Of a stretch of DNA of 30,820 nucleotides, positions 1-8,904 are shown piece after piece. The stretch spans positions 1 through 30,820 of the forward strand of contig JAMOUE010000310.1 in the NCBI GenBank assembly GCA_027068235.1, given 5' to 3'. The notes beneath the pieces were generated by a model that was given only the letters and a program-made list of their open reading frames with translations, was not told where the DNA came from and ran no database searches. Source of the stretch: Deltaproteobacteria bacterium. Its GTDB lineage: Bacteria > Desulfobacterota > Dissulfuribacteria > Dissulfuribacterales > QOAL01. The stretch's first letter is position 1, and each line of letters starts with the position of its first letter. The position numbers and the translations under genes are program-made.

Positions 1-2340
1 AACAAGATAAAACAAAGAATCTTCTGGGTAACAGCCATCTTCGCCACGTATGCCGGCCTTTTTACCTGTAAGGATTTCCACACCTTCTTCAACACGCTCT
101 ATCGACCAGATATGAAACTTGCCGTCTCTAACTGCCTCAATTACCTCTTGTTTCAAGTTGAGATCCCGTACATTGGCCTTGGGAATGATAACACCTTGTG
201 TGGTTGTAAGACCCCTTGCCTTACAAAGATCAAAGAAACCCTCAATCTTTGCACTAACTCCTCCAACAGGCAGTATTTCCCCTTTCTGGCTTACAGCACC
301 AGTACACGCCACATCTTGACGTAAAGGAACATCTGAAAGTGCTGACAAAAGTCCAAACAGCTCGGCCCCTGATGCAGAGTCACCGTCTACCATTCCGTAA
401 CTTTGTTCAAAACAGATGGTAGCTGTGAGGCTTAGAGGTTTGTCTTGGGCAAACATCTGCCTTAGATATCCAGAAAGAATCATTACACCTTTTGTATGGA
501 TCTTTCCGCTTAATTCTGCCTCTCTTTCAATATTGACGATTCCATCCTTACCAAGGCAGACATTTACTGTGATCCTGCTAGGTTTGCCAAATACAAAATC
601 CCCAAGATCATACACGGCAAGCCCATTAACTTGACCTACTGCACTACCATCTGTAGCAACTTTGATTACATCCTTGACCAAAAGCTCCTGTAGATGCTCT
701 TGATAAAGGCTTGAACGATAGCGCCTTTCATCAATGGCCTGCTGCACATACTTGGCAGTTATATAAGAACTACCTGCCTTGGTTGCCCAAAAATTTGCCT
801 CAACTGCAAGGTCTTCTATGTCTGTTATCTTGAGGGTTAGTTTCTCTCTGGAATCAGCAAGTTCTGCAGCAAACTCCAAGAAACGGACTGCACCTGTCCT
901 GTCAATATCCAAAAGGTTGTTCTTTTTTCTAATGGATGCAAGGAGCCTGAAAAATTCCCGTTGGCGCTCAAGATTATTATCTGTTCTGGTATCTAGGTGT
1001 GACTTGATCTTGAACAGCTCCCTAAAATCCTCATCAAAGTTGTAAAGTAGCTGATAAAGATAGGGCTCTCCCATCAATACTATCTTGACGTCAAGCCTTA
1101 CAGGCTCTGGCTTGAGGCTTTTGGTAGTAAAAAGGCCATACTGTTCACCAGGGTCTTCTATCTCAAGTTTTCCTGTTTTTAGAGCCCTTTTAAGGGCCTC
1201 ATATGAAAAGGGCCTTTTTAATAGATCTGAGACCTTTAATAGAAGGTATCCGCCATTTGCCTTGTGAAGCGCACCGGCTTTTATCATGGTAAAATCTGTA
1301 AAAAGCGCACCAAACTGTGCCTGGCGTTCTATCACACCGAAAAGATTTGGATAACTTGGATTTGCTTCAAAAATTACAGGCTTTGCCTCTGTCTCTGAAT
1401 TATCCACAAGTACATTCACATCATATCTGGCAAAATTCGGTCCAGCGCCTGGTACAGGAAACGGCATTCCTGGAGGAGGCGTATTCTTTGAAGGCAAAAA
1501 ATCCTGAAAATGGATTACAACATCTTCAAGTACATTGTCGAAATAAACCTGTAGCCTAGAATATGAAGAATATTTCTCCTTTAATGGCTCAATCAGCATC
1601 TGTGCAGTCTGACGCGCCACCTGCCTGTCGAGCTCTTTGAGTTTCTGCTGCACCTCCTGCTCGAGTTGATGAACCTGACGCATGGCAGCACCCATCTCTC
1701 TATGGAGCTCTTCACTACGCTTTTTTAAGTCGTCCTGTTGTTCCTGGGGCATCTTGGAGATCTCTTCAGGTGGCAATGGGCTGCCATCCTCCTTGGCAGG
1801 TATGACCATCATACCAGTTGGATCTGCCTGAAGCATAAAGCCCTTTCCCTTTACCTTTTTATCAAGCTCTTCAAATATCTCTGTGCGCCTCTTGTTGAAC
1901 TCCCGTATTACCTCCTCTTTTCTGACAAGGTACGTCTCTCCTTCAAAACTCTTTGGCATATGAAGCTGAAGGTTATCAACGAGCTCGGCCATATCCTTTT
2001 TGAGCTGCATACCTAAACCGGGCTCCAAGAGGATGGCTAAAGGGACATCTGGGTCCTGAAAATTGTGGATGTAGCAGATGTCTTTTGGCCTATCTCCATT
2101 TCTAGCAGCAAGTTTTTCAAGCTTAGATATTGTCAACTCCAGGGCGCCAGCCTCCTGAAGTCCAGCTACAAAGACGTTGAAGCCAGGATTTTCTATCTCT
2201 AACCCTACATCAAGGGCCCTTTCCGCCCGTTCCTGTCCATAAATAGCAAGACTTTCATCCTCCAATTGGCTCAAATATTCAAATTCAAGACTATCTGGCT
2301 CTATATTTAACCGAAGCTTGTCAGGAGTCAGCTTTTCCAC
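1..2340 (-). CDS. Lon-like (COG1067/LonC-type) protease, 3' end beyond the window
   Basis: Not in the ORF track. Manual translation from GTG at 2340 (SD-like GAGGTG upstream, 12 bp after the ruvB stop) gave an open frame to position 1: MEKLTPDKLRL...GQERAERAL...FEANPSYPNLFG...GALHKANGGYL...VGQVNGLAVY...DGDSAS (370-384)...PVGGVSAKIEG. Lon Ser-Lys dyad motifs are present. Confidence 0.92.
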   Translation of the reverse strand, partial: MEKLTPDKLRLNIEPDSLEFEYLSQLEDESLAIYGQERAERALDVGLEIENPGFNVFVAGLQEAGALELTISKLEKLAARNGDRPKDICYIHNFQDPDVPLAILLEPGLGMQLKKDMAELVDNLQLHMPKSFEGETYLVRKEEVIREFNKRRTEIFEELDKKVKGKGFMLQADPTGMMVIPAKEDGSPLPPEEISKMPQEQQDDLKKRSEELHREMGAAMRQVHQLEQEVQQKLKELDRQVARQTAQMLIEPLKEKYSSYSRLQVYFDNVLEDVVIHFQDFLPSKNTPPPGMPFPVPGAGPNFARYDVNVLVDNSETEAKPVIFEANPSYPNLFGVIERQAQFGALFTDFTMIKAGALHKANGGYLLLKVSDLLKRPFSYEALKRALKTGKLEIEDPGEQYGLFTTKSLKPEPVRLDVKIVLMGEPYLYQLLYNFDEDFRELFKIKSHLDTRTDNNLERQREFFRLLASIRKKNNLLDIDRTGAVRFLEFAAELADSREKLTLKITDIEDLAVEANFWATKAGSSYITAKYVQQAIDERRYRSSLYQEHLQELLVKDVIKVATDGSAVGQVNGLAVYDLGDFVFGKPSRITVNVCLGKDGIVNIEREAELSGKIHTKGVMILSGYLRQMFAQDKPLSLTATICFEQSYGMVDGDSASGAELFGLLSALSDVPLRQDVACTGAVSQKGEILPVGGVSAKIEGFFDLCKARGLTTTQGVIIPKANVRDLNLKQEVIEAVRDGKFHIWSIERVEEGVEILTGKKAGIRGEDGCYPEDSLFYLV

Positions 2341-2352
2341 TTCTTCTCACCT

Positions 2353-3384
2353 CTATCTCTTTAATCCAAGGTGCGTATAGGCCTTGTCAGTAGCCATCCT
2401 GCCCCTTGGAGTTCTATGCAAAAAACCTTCCTGGACCAAAAAAGGCTCGTAAACCTCCTCAATCGTTCCGCTTTCCTCTCCTACCGATACCGCAATGGTA
2501 TCTAGCCCCACAGGGCCACCATCGAACCTTTTTATTATGATTGAAAGGATCTGTCTATCCATCCCATCAAGACCCTTTTCATCAACATCCAACATAGTTA
2601 GGGCATTATCAGCAACATCTTTTGTTATTACACCATGGGCCTTTATCTCTGCAAAATCCCTAACCCTTCTAAGAAGTCTATTGGCTATCCTTGGAGTACC
2701 CCTTGATCGCCTGGCAATCTCTTTAGCCCCTTCTTCATCTATGGCAATACCCAGTACAGATGCAGAACGACTTACAATCTCCTGAAGTTGATCAACAGTA
2801 TAAAAATCAACCCTTAAAAGTACACCAAACCTGTCTCGCAATGGTGGAGACAAAAGACCAGCCCTTGTAGTAGCACCAACCATAGTAAAACGTGGGAGAT
2901 CTATCTTGATCGTTCTTGCACTTGGGCCTTGACCAATAATCAGATCTAGCTGGAAGTCCTCCATGGCTGGATAAAGAATCTCCTCTACAGATGGACTCAA
3001 TCGGTGGATTTCATCTATGAAGAGGACCTCTCCTGGCTGAAGATTGGTCAAAATGGCTGCCAAATCTCCAGGTCTTTCTATCACAGGGCCAGATGTGCAT
3101 CTTATGCCCACACCAAGCTCTTTTGCTATAATGTGCGCCAAAGTAGTTTTGCCAAGCCCAGGGTGACCATGCAGCAAACAATGATCTAGAGGCTCTTTCC
3201 TGCGCCTTGCAGCCTCGATAAAAAGGGCAAGGCCCTTTTTTAACTCTTCTTGGCCAACATATTCAGAAAGACTCTGGGGTCTCAAGGTTGGCTCTGCAAC
3301 TAGATCATCTTTAAGACATACAGGGGATATGGAAGACCTTTCTTCTTCCAAGGAAGATGGCTGGCTAATCTTCTTATATTCCAT
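2353..3384 (-). CDS. ruvB: Holliday junction branch migration helicase RuvB
   Basis: [12 protein letters not shown], Walker [10 protein letters not shown], Walker [34 protein letters not shown]. Confidence 0.99.
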   Translation of the reverse strand: MEYKKISQPSSLEEERSSISPVCLKDDLVAEPTLRPQSLSEYVGQEELKKGLALFIEAARRRKEPLDHCLLHGHPGLGKTTLAHIIAKELGVGIRCTSGPVIERPGDLAAILTNLQPGEVLFIDEIHRLSPSVEEILYPAMEDFQLDLIIGQGPSARTIKIDLPRFTMVGATTRAGLLSPPLRDRFGVLLRVDFYTVDQLQEIVSRSASVLGIAIDEEGAKEIARRSRGTPRIANRLLRRVRDFAEIKAHGVITKDVADNALTMLDVDEKGLDGMDRQILSIIIKRFDGGPVGLDTIAVSVGEESGTIEEVYEPFLVQEGFLHRTPRGRMATDKAYTHLGLKR

Positions 3385-3390
3385 AATACC

Positions 3391-4014
3391 TTATCTCACC
3401 TTAGAAAGTAGCTGCAAAGCCCTTGTTATCACCTGATCCAACCCAATATTACCTTCTTTAGACAAAATTTCAGCAGTTACTCGTTTGGCCTCATTTGGCT
3501 TGTATCCAAGATTCACCAGGGCGGATATTGCATCGTCTGCCAAGACGCTACCACCCTCGTCCGGAGATGAAGATTCCATCTCGGATGAATCCATACCCTC
3601 CTTGGCAAGTATCTTTGCCGCCTTTTCCTTTAGATCAACACAAATACGAGCCGCAGTTTTTTTGCCAACTCCATGAACTGAGCGTATTCGTGCAGTATCT
3701 CCCTTGGCTATATCAGCAATCAGTTCCTCTGGGGAAAGCACCGACAATACGTTTAAGGCCAGCTTTGGCCCCACTCCCGAGACCTCAAGAAGCACCCTAA
3801 ATGCCATCAACGCCTTTTTTTCAAGGAACCCATATAAATTGATCTGATCGTCTCTTATGATAAGATTGGTATAAATCTGGACTGTATTTCCTGCCTGCGG
3901 AAGCCTAGATAAAAATGAAGATGGCATCTCTATTAGATAGCCCACTCCGCCAACATCAAGAAGAACCGCACCTTCCCAAATGTCTACAACGGTTCCCTTC
4001 AGATAACCTATCAC
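3391..4014 (-). CDS. ruvA: Holliday junction branch migration protein RuvA
   Basis: MIGYLKG, LLDVGGVGY, LYGF, VSGVGPKLAL, GVGKKTAARI, ALVNLGY; lies between ruvC and ruvB; GTG start. Confidence 0.98.
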   Translation of the reverse strand: MIGYLKGTVVDIWEGAVLLDVGGVGYLIEMPSSFLSRLPQAGNTVQIYTNLIIRDDQINLYGFLEKKALMAFRVLLEVSGVGPKLALNVLSVLSPEELIADIAKGDTARIRSVHGVGKKTAARICVDLKEKAAKILAKEGMDSSEMESSSPDEGGSVLADDAISALVNLGYKPNEAKRVTAEILSKEGNIGLDQVITRALQLLSKVR

Positions 4015-4051
4015 TATGCTATCCTTTCCCTGGCGATGATGTTAAAAGGTT

Positions 4052-4561
4052 CTAACCAAGTTCAAGTTTGATAAGGTCTTGCACCTTTGTTGATTGCACA
4101 TGACAAAGGGCTACTGCCAGCGCATCAGAGGCATCTTGCGGTGGCGGCTTGGCAAGACCAAGGATTAGGGTAACCATCTCCTGGACTTGATGCTTCTCTG
4201 CACGTCCATAACCCACAACTGCCCTTTTCACCTCAAGGGCAGAATACTCAAAAATTTCAAGATCGTTGTTTATGGCTGCCATCAACAGTGCCGCCCTGGC
4301 ATGACCTAACTTCAAGGCAGCTCCTGCATTTCTCGCAACAAAAACCTGTTCAAATGCTGCACAAACAGGAGAAAACTCTGCTATCACCCGACAAAGACTC
4401 TCATAGAGGTGTTTGAGCCTGTCTGGGAAACTCCTCTTAGGACTTGTCCTTATAACCCCGGCCCCAAGAACATTTATGCGCCCATTCTTAGTCTGCTCTA
4501 TCACTCCATAGCCTGTAGCCATGGAGCCGGGATCAACTCCAAGAACGGGCCCAATTGTCAT
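4052..4561 (-). CDS. ruvC: Crossover junction endodeoxyribonuclease RuvC
   Basis: GVDPGSMATGYGV, FEQVF, EVKRAVVGYGRAEKHQVQEMV, DASDALAVA. Confidence 0.98.
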   Translation of the reverse strand: MTIGPVLGVDPGSMATGYGVIEQTKNGRINVLGAGVIRTSPKRSFPDRLKHLYESLCRVIAEFSPVCAAFEQVFVARNAGAALKLGHARAALLMAAINNDLEIFEYSALEVKRAVVGYGRAEKHQVQEMVTLILGLAKPPPQDASDALAVALCHVQSTKVQDLIKLELG

Positions 4562-4563
4562 GG

Positions 4564-5313
4564 TCAGGCTACCTTTTCAAGTATTTCGTCTGGAATATCA
4601 AAGTTTGCATATACGTTTTGGACGTCGTCGTTTTCCTCAAGGGCATTCATAAGGGCAATGAGCTGCTGGGCCTTTTTCTCATCATCTACCTTCACTATAT
4701 TAGAAGGCACCATTGTAACCTTTGCAGAAAGTATCTCTATACCCTTGTCTGCAAGGGCCTTTTTGACCTTGGAAAGATCTTCTGCAGACGTCTCTATTTC
4801 CCATTCACTTCCTGCATCTTGAATATCCTCTGCCTCTGCCTCAAGAGCAGCCGCCATAAGGGTATCTTCGTCTACTTTGTCCTTTTCAACAACGATTAAC
4901 CCCTTCTTTTCAAAAATCCATGCAACACTGCCTGGCTCTCCAAGACTGCCTCCCCTTTTGGCAAAAATGTGGCGTACCTCGGCAACTGTACGCTGGCGGT
5001 TATCGGTAATTGTTTCAACCAAAACCGCCACTCCGCCTGGCCCATAACCTTCGTAAGTCACCTCTTCGTAGGAAACACCTTCAAGTTCTCCTGTACCCTT
5101 TTTAATGGCCCTTTCAATGTTGTTTTTTGGCATATTGGCAGCCTTAGCAGACTCGATGGCTGCCCTTAGTCGCGGATTGGCAGCAGGATCACCACCGCCA
5201 AGCCTTGCAGCTACTGTAATCTCCTTTATGAGTTTGGTAAAAATCTTGCCTCTTTTGGCATCTTGAGCAGCCTTTTTATGTTTAATGGTGCTCCACTTTG
5301 AGTGTCCAGACAT
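4564..5313 (-). CDS. yebC: YebC/PmpR family protein
   Basis: [52 protein letters not shown]; typical position upstream of ruvC. Confidence 0.98.
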   Translation of the reverse strand: MSGHSKWSTIKHKKAAQDAKRGKIFTKLIKEITVAARLGGGDPAANPRLRAAIESAKAANMPKNNIERAIKKGTGELEGVSYEEVTYEGYGPGGVAVLVETITDNRQRTVAEVRHIFAKRGGSLGEPGSVAWIFEKKGLIVVEKDKVDEDTLMAAALEAEAEDIQDAGSEWEIETSAEDLSKVKKALADKGIEILSAKVTMVPSNIVKVDDEKKAQQLIALMNALEENDDVQNVYANFDIPDEILEKVA

Positions 5314-5407
5314 TAAATTCCTCCAGTAATCTGATTATCTCTTTGATTAGATTACACAAACCCTTTGGAATTTTAAAGCGCAAAGGGTCCTTAAAAAAAA
5401 CACACAT

Positions 5408-6778
5408 CTAAAATCTTCTTACACGTTCATAGAATGACTGAAGATCCTTTTTGATAAACTTCTCCACCTTTGCAAGGTTTCTCTTGTGTCTCACCCAGAT
5501 CTGACGCCTTGCATCCCTTTCAAGCAGATCAAGTACTTTTGAGCGTACCCGTTGCCACAGATCTCTTTCATAGGCGGAATCAAGCTTTACTAGAGAATCA
5601 AGGTTGGTGGTACAATATTTTACAAACCGTGGAAATGTAAACTTTTGGAAATATACAGAGCCTCCAGCCACAACCAAAAGGAGCCAGATTAATGGCCAAA
5701 GAAAGTTATTGAAGGAGAGAGTACCTGTAGCCAAAGAAAGGATAAACGGCTCTGACGGATAACCTGTAAGGAGATTCATGGCCAGATCGCCCAACAAAAA
5801 AGCCAAAATACCAGTGATGCCAAGGGACCTTAGAAAAGCTTTCATCCTTTTTAAAAAAAGCTCCTTAAAGCGCTTCATTGCTTTAATAACCAGTGCAAGT
5901 TCCCTGGCCGCTTTGTCAACCTCCTGTATCATGTGGAAAAGACGCATACGCGGCGCCCCTAAGATAGCCTTTTTAAGCTCCTGCCTCTCCTTCTCCCACA
6001 CCTCAAATTCCTTTGGTATTGCCTTGCCTGGTATCTTTGCATAGGTGAGATAAATACGAGGGATATCTTTTCTACCAGTCATCTGAGACAGATTCCAACA
6101 AAGAGTTCCATAAGCCCGAACAAGATCTTCCACGTTCTCACACTCATCGATCCTGTTCATAACAAAAAGTACCCTGTCTTCATCAGATGAGGCCGGCAGT
6201 GTAGTACGCAAGGCCTTGTAAGTTTCCTTTATGGTTCCTGCCTTATGAGGATCAAACATAAGGACAATGAGATCAGCAAGCCTTGCAAGTTCACCTATGA
6301 CCCCGAGGAAATCATAACCCCTATCCTGCTCTGTTACAGAATCGAGCATTCCAGGCGTATCAATAATGGCTATATCCTTTAGTTTTTCACATTGGATCTT
6401 TTTCATAACCAGATGAGACAAGAGCTTTTCCCCAAACCTTCTCAAACTGCCAAAAGGCAGGGTCTCATCTGCAACCAGAGTGCTTCCTAGTATGTCACCG
6501 GGGCTTTCTTCTTCAGAAGGTGCAGTGATTATCGTAAAACTATCATCAGTTGGCGCCTGACCTGTTCTTTGAATATCCTTCTCTATGAATTCATTTATAA
6601 AAGTGGATTTTCCTGATGAATAATTGCCAATTATAAGAACAATGGGCTTCCACTTGAGAGGCGTCAAAAGCTCTTCCATATTGAAGCCATAGCACTCAAA
6701 CACACCGGATAGCTTCTTAGGAAGTATCTTTTCTATTTTTGCCTTGAGATCCTTGGCATCTTTCATGGAGGCTTCCAT
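5408..6778 (-). CDS. Dynamin-superfamily P-loop NTPase, EHD/sarcalumenin-like, with C-terminal hydrophobic segments
   Basis: GNYSSGKS (6605-6628), TGQAPTDDSF, IIDTPG, FDPHKAG, NRID, LVRAYGTLCWNL; two hydrophobic stretches (LGITGILAFLLGDLAM, FLWPLIWLLLVVAGGSVYF); SD AGGAG before ATG 6778. Confidence 0.85.
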   Translation of the reverse strand: MEASMKDAKDLKAKIEKILPKKLSGVFECYGFNMEELLTPLKWKPIVLIIGNYSSGKSTFINEFIEKDIQRTGQAPTDDSFTIITAPSEEESPGDILGSTLVADETLPFGSLRRFGEKLLSHLVMKKIQCEKLKDIAIIDTPGMLDSVTEQDRGYDFLGVIGELARLADLIVLMFDPHKAGTIKETYKALRTTLPASSDEDRVLFVMNRIDECENVEDLVRAYGTLCWNLSQMTGRKDIPRIYLTYAKIPGKAIPKEFEVWEKERQELKKAILGAPRMRLFHMIQEVDKAARELALVIKAMKRFKELFLKRMKAFLRSLGITGILAFLLGDLAMNLLTGYPSEPFILSLATGTLSFNNFLWPLIWLLLVVAGGSVYFQKFTFPRFVKYCTTNLDSLVKLDSAYERDLWQRVRSKVLDLLERDARRQIWVRHKRNLAKVEKFIKKDLQSFYERVRRF

Positions 6779-6894
6779 GTCTTGGCTCCTAATTAAAAAA
6801 TAGATTTAATCCATAAATAGATATGTAAAGTCGCCTTTTATCATGAAAGGCGATCAAGGTGCAATGAAGATTCTGGCTTCTCCCACAAATATCA

Positions 6895-6932
6895 TATGTA
6901 TCTATTAAATCTTTATGTATCTATTAAATCTT
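6895..6932. repeat. Exact 19-bp tandem duplication TATGTATCTATTAAATCTT x2
   Basis: Read directly: copies at 6895-6913 and 6914-6932, in a divergent intergenic region. Confidence 0.95.
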
Positions 6933-6951
6933 TGTGTTATTTATTGGGTAA

Positions 6952-7542
6952 ATGAAAGACTCTTTTAACAAATCCATGAGACCTAAAAGGGTAAATTGTA
7001 TTGGATTTGATGATGCTCCTTTTGAAAAAGAGCATAAAGGTAGGGTTTCTATAGTAGGCACTGTCTATGCAGCCCACAGGCTTGATGGTGTCCTAATAGG
7101 GCATGTCCAGAAGGACGGAACAGACGCTGCTTCACAAATTATAGAGCTGGTTGGCCATTCCAGATTCCATGAACATTGTAATCTAATAATGCTACAGGGC
7201 ATCTGTCTTGGCGGTTTTAATGTAATAGATGCCAAAAAGATATATAAGGCACTTAAGCGTCCAATACTTATCGTTTCTAGAAAAGAGCCAAATTATCCTG
7301 CCATTAAAAATGCACTTTTGACCAAGATCCCAGATGGCAAAAAGAAGTGGGAAATAATACAGAATCTTGGTGAGATGGAACCTTGTTGCAGATGTTATGT
7401 GCAAAGGGTTGGGCTAGATCGAATGGAGACAGAAAAAATCATCAATTTTTTCTGCATAAATGGAAACATACCCGAACCCCTTCGCACGGCACATCTGATA
7501 GCTGGGGCATTGGGTAGAGGTATGAGTAAGGGGCGTGTTTAA
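6952..7542 (+). CDS. DUF99 (endonuclease V-like) family protein
   Basis: IGFDDAPF, DGTDA, MLQGICLGGFNVID, NIPEPLRTAHLIA. Confidence 0.88.
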   Translation: MKDSFNKSMRPKRVNCIGFDDAPFEKEHKGRVSIVGTVYAAHRLDGVLIGHVQKDGTDAASQIIELVGHSRFHEHCNLIMLQGICLGGFNVIDAKKIYKALKRPILIVSRKEPNYPAIKNALLTKIPDGKKKWEIIQNLGEMEPCCRCYVQRVGLDRMETEKIINFFCINGNIPEPLRTAHLIAGALGRGMSKGRV

Positions 7543-7558
7543 AGATTAGATAAATATT

Positions 7559-7840
7559 TTAATTCAACATTCTTTCTTCTTTTTTAATCTCTTTTAACTT
7601 TTTCTTATAATACTTTATACACTGCTTAATAAATTTTTTCTGACCCCGTTTCGATGCAAGGTTATCACGATCTACAGGTGCATCCCAGCACGCAAGTAAT
7701 ACCAACCTCATGGGCATATTCATGTCCATAAGACAGTTTATCTTACTTTCATAATACTCTTTCTGAACCTGTAGCCTTATCCGCTTGTTTTTTGTTACAG
7801 GAGTAACCGGTAACTTTCTTTTAGCAGTAGCAAGATTCAT
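7559..7840 (-). CDS. Small basic hypothetical protein (93 aa)
   Basis: Fills the gap between DUF99 and HDOD; SD GAGGTG before ATG; correctly spaced sigma-54 motif 42 bp upstream; no family recognised. Confidence 0.7.
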   Translation of the reverse strand: MNLATAKRKLPVTPVTKNKRIRLQVQKEYYESKINCLMDMNMPMRLVLLACWDAPVDRDNLASKRGQKKFIKQCIKYYKKKLKEIKKEERMLN

Positions 7841-7882
7841 TTGCCCACCTCTTTTATTAAGATTTAAGTTGTTAATAAAGAG

Positions 7883-7898
7883 TGCAAAATAATTGCCA
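7883..7898 (-). promoter_or_regulatory. Sigma-54 (-24/-12) promoter candidate
   Basis: Minus strand TGGCAATTATTTTGCA: GG-N10-GC spacing with TGGCA and TTGCA cores. Confidence 0.7.
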
Positions 7899-8009
7899 CT
7901 TTCATACTAAAAATTTCCCCCAAAATTTATCATTAACAGCGGCAATACAACCGATAAAAGAGATTAAGAGAAAAATTTTTTCAAAAATAGAAAATTTTTT
8001 CACATAAAA

Positions 8010-8888
8010 ATGAAAAAAAATGTCACAGTCATAGATCTTGCTACTCAACGCAAAAAGAAAGAGATAATTGCCAAAATAAACAAGATTCCTCCCTTACCTG
8101 CTTCAGCCCAGGAGGTACTCGCCATAGTTGCGGAAAATCCAAAGGATGTAAAAAGATTGGAGCAGGTAATTATGCACGACCCTTCACTTTCATCACAATT
8201 ACTAAAGGTGGCCAACTGTGCTGCATACTATCCCGCCACCAGGATAACAACTGTTCACAGGGCCATAGTATTCCTCGGCTTTGCAGAAGTAAAAAGCCTT
8301 GCACTAAGCCTCTCCATTTCCAGTGTATTCAAAAACAAAAACTCCCAAACAGGCTTTGACAGACAGAAATTCTGGGAACATTCCATTGCGGCTGCAATGA
8401 TTTGTAGGATACTGGCCAATGAAATGGAACTGGAAGAAACCGACGTCTATTTTACCTGTGGCCTACTACACGACCTTGGACGTATTGTAATGGATACATA
8501 CTTTCCAAATGAATGGAGCCAAATCCTAAACTATGCCCAAGAAAATGAATGCTCATTAATCACAGCAGAAAGAAAGTTTGGCTTTCCTCATAATGTCATT
8601 GGGGCATGGCTAGTGAAAAACTGGGAGCTACCTGAAATCTACGCCAAGAGTATAGCCAGCCACCATATTCCACCAGGCCATCCGCATTTCAATAAAGACG
8701 GCGCCCTAACCCAGTTAGCAGATGGTCTAAGCCATGAGCTTGGAACCGGGCTCTTTAAGGCTCCTTCGTACAACGATGTTACCATTGCCAATTATCTTGG
8801 CTTTGGCAATGAAAAGTTGAATTTCCTTCAGAAACAAATAGAAAAACTGGCCCAGATTGCAGAGGCCATAGCCATGGGGATGATTTAG
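8010..8888 (+). CDS. HDOD domain protein
   Basis: IPPLP, DPSLSSQLLKVAN, RAIVFLG, FWEHS, CGLLHDLGRIV, HNVIGAWLVKNWELP. Confidence 0.93.
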   Translation: MKKNVTVIDLATQRKKKEIIAKINKIPPLPASAQEVLAIVAENPKDVKRLEQVIMHDPSLSSQLLKVANCAAYYPATRITTVHRAIVFLGFAEVKSLALSLSISSVFKNKNSQTGFDRQKFWEHSIAAAMICRILANEMELEETDVYFTCGLLHDLGRIVMDTYFPNEWSQILNYAQENECSLITAERKFGFPHNVIGAWLVKNWELPEIYAKSIASHHIPPGHPHFNKDGALTQLADGLSHELGTGLFKAPSYNDVTIANYLGFGNEKLNFLQKQIEKLAQIAEAIAMGMI

Positions 8889-8904
8889 TGGCCTATAATC
8901 TGCT

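Noticed and set aside
112-2016. Short + strand ORFs of 60-92 aa
   Set aside because: Antisense shadows of the Lon-like CDS on the minus strand.
7933-7957. Sigma-28-like -10 element ACCGATAA upstream of HDOD
   Set aside because: No TAAA-like -35 at the required 15-bp spacing (CATT is found there).
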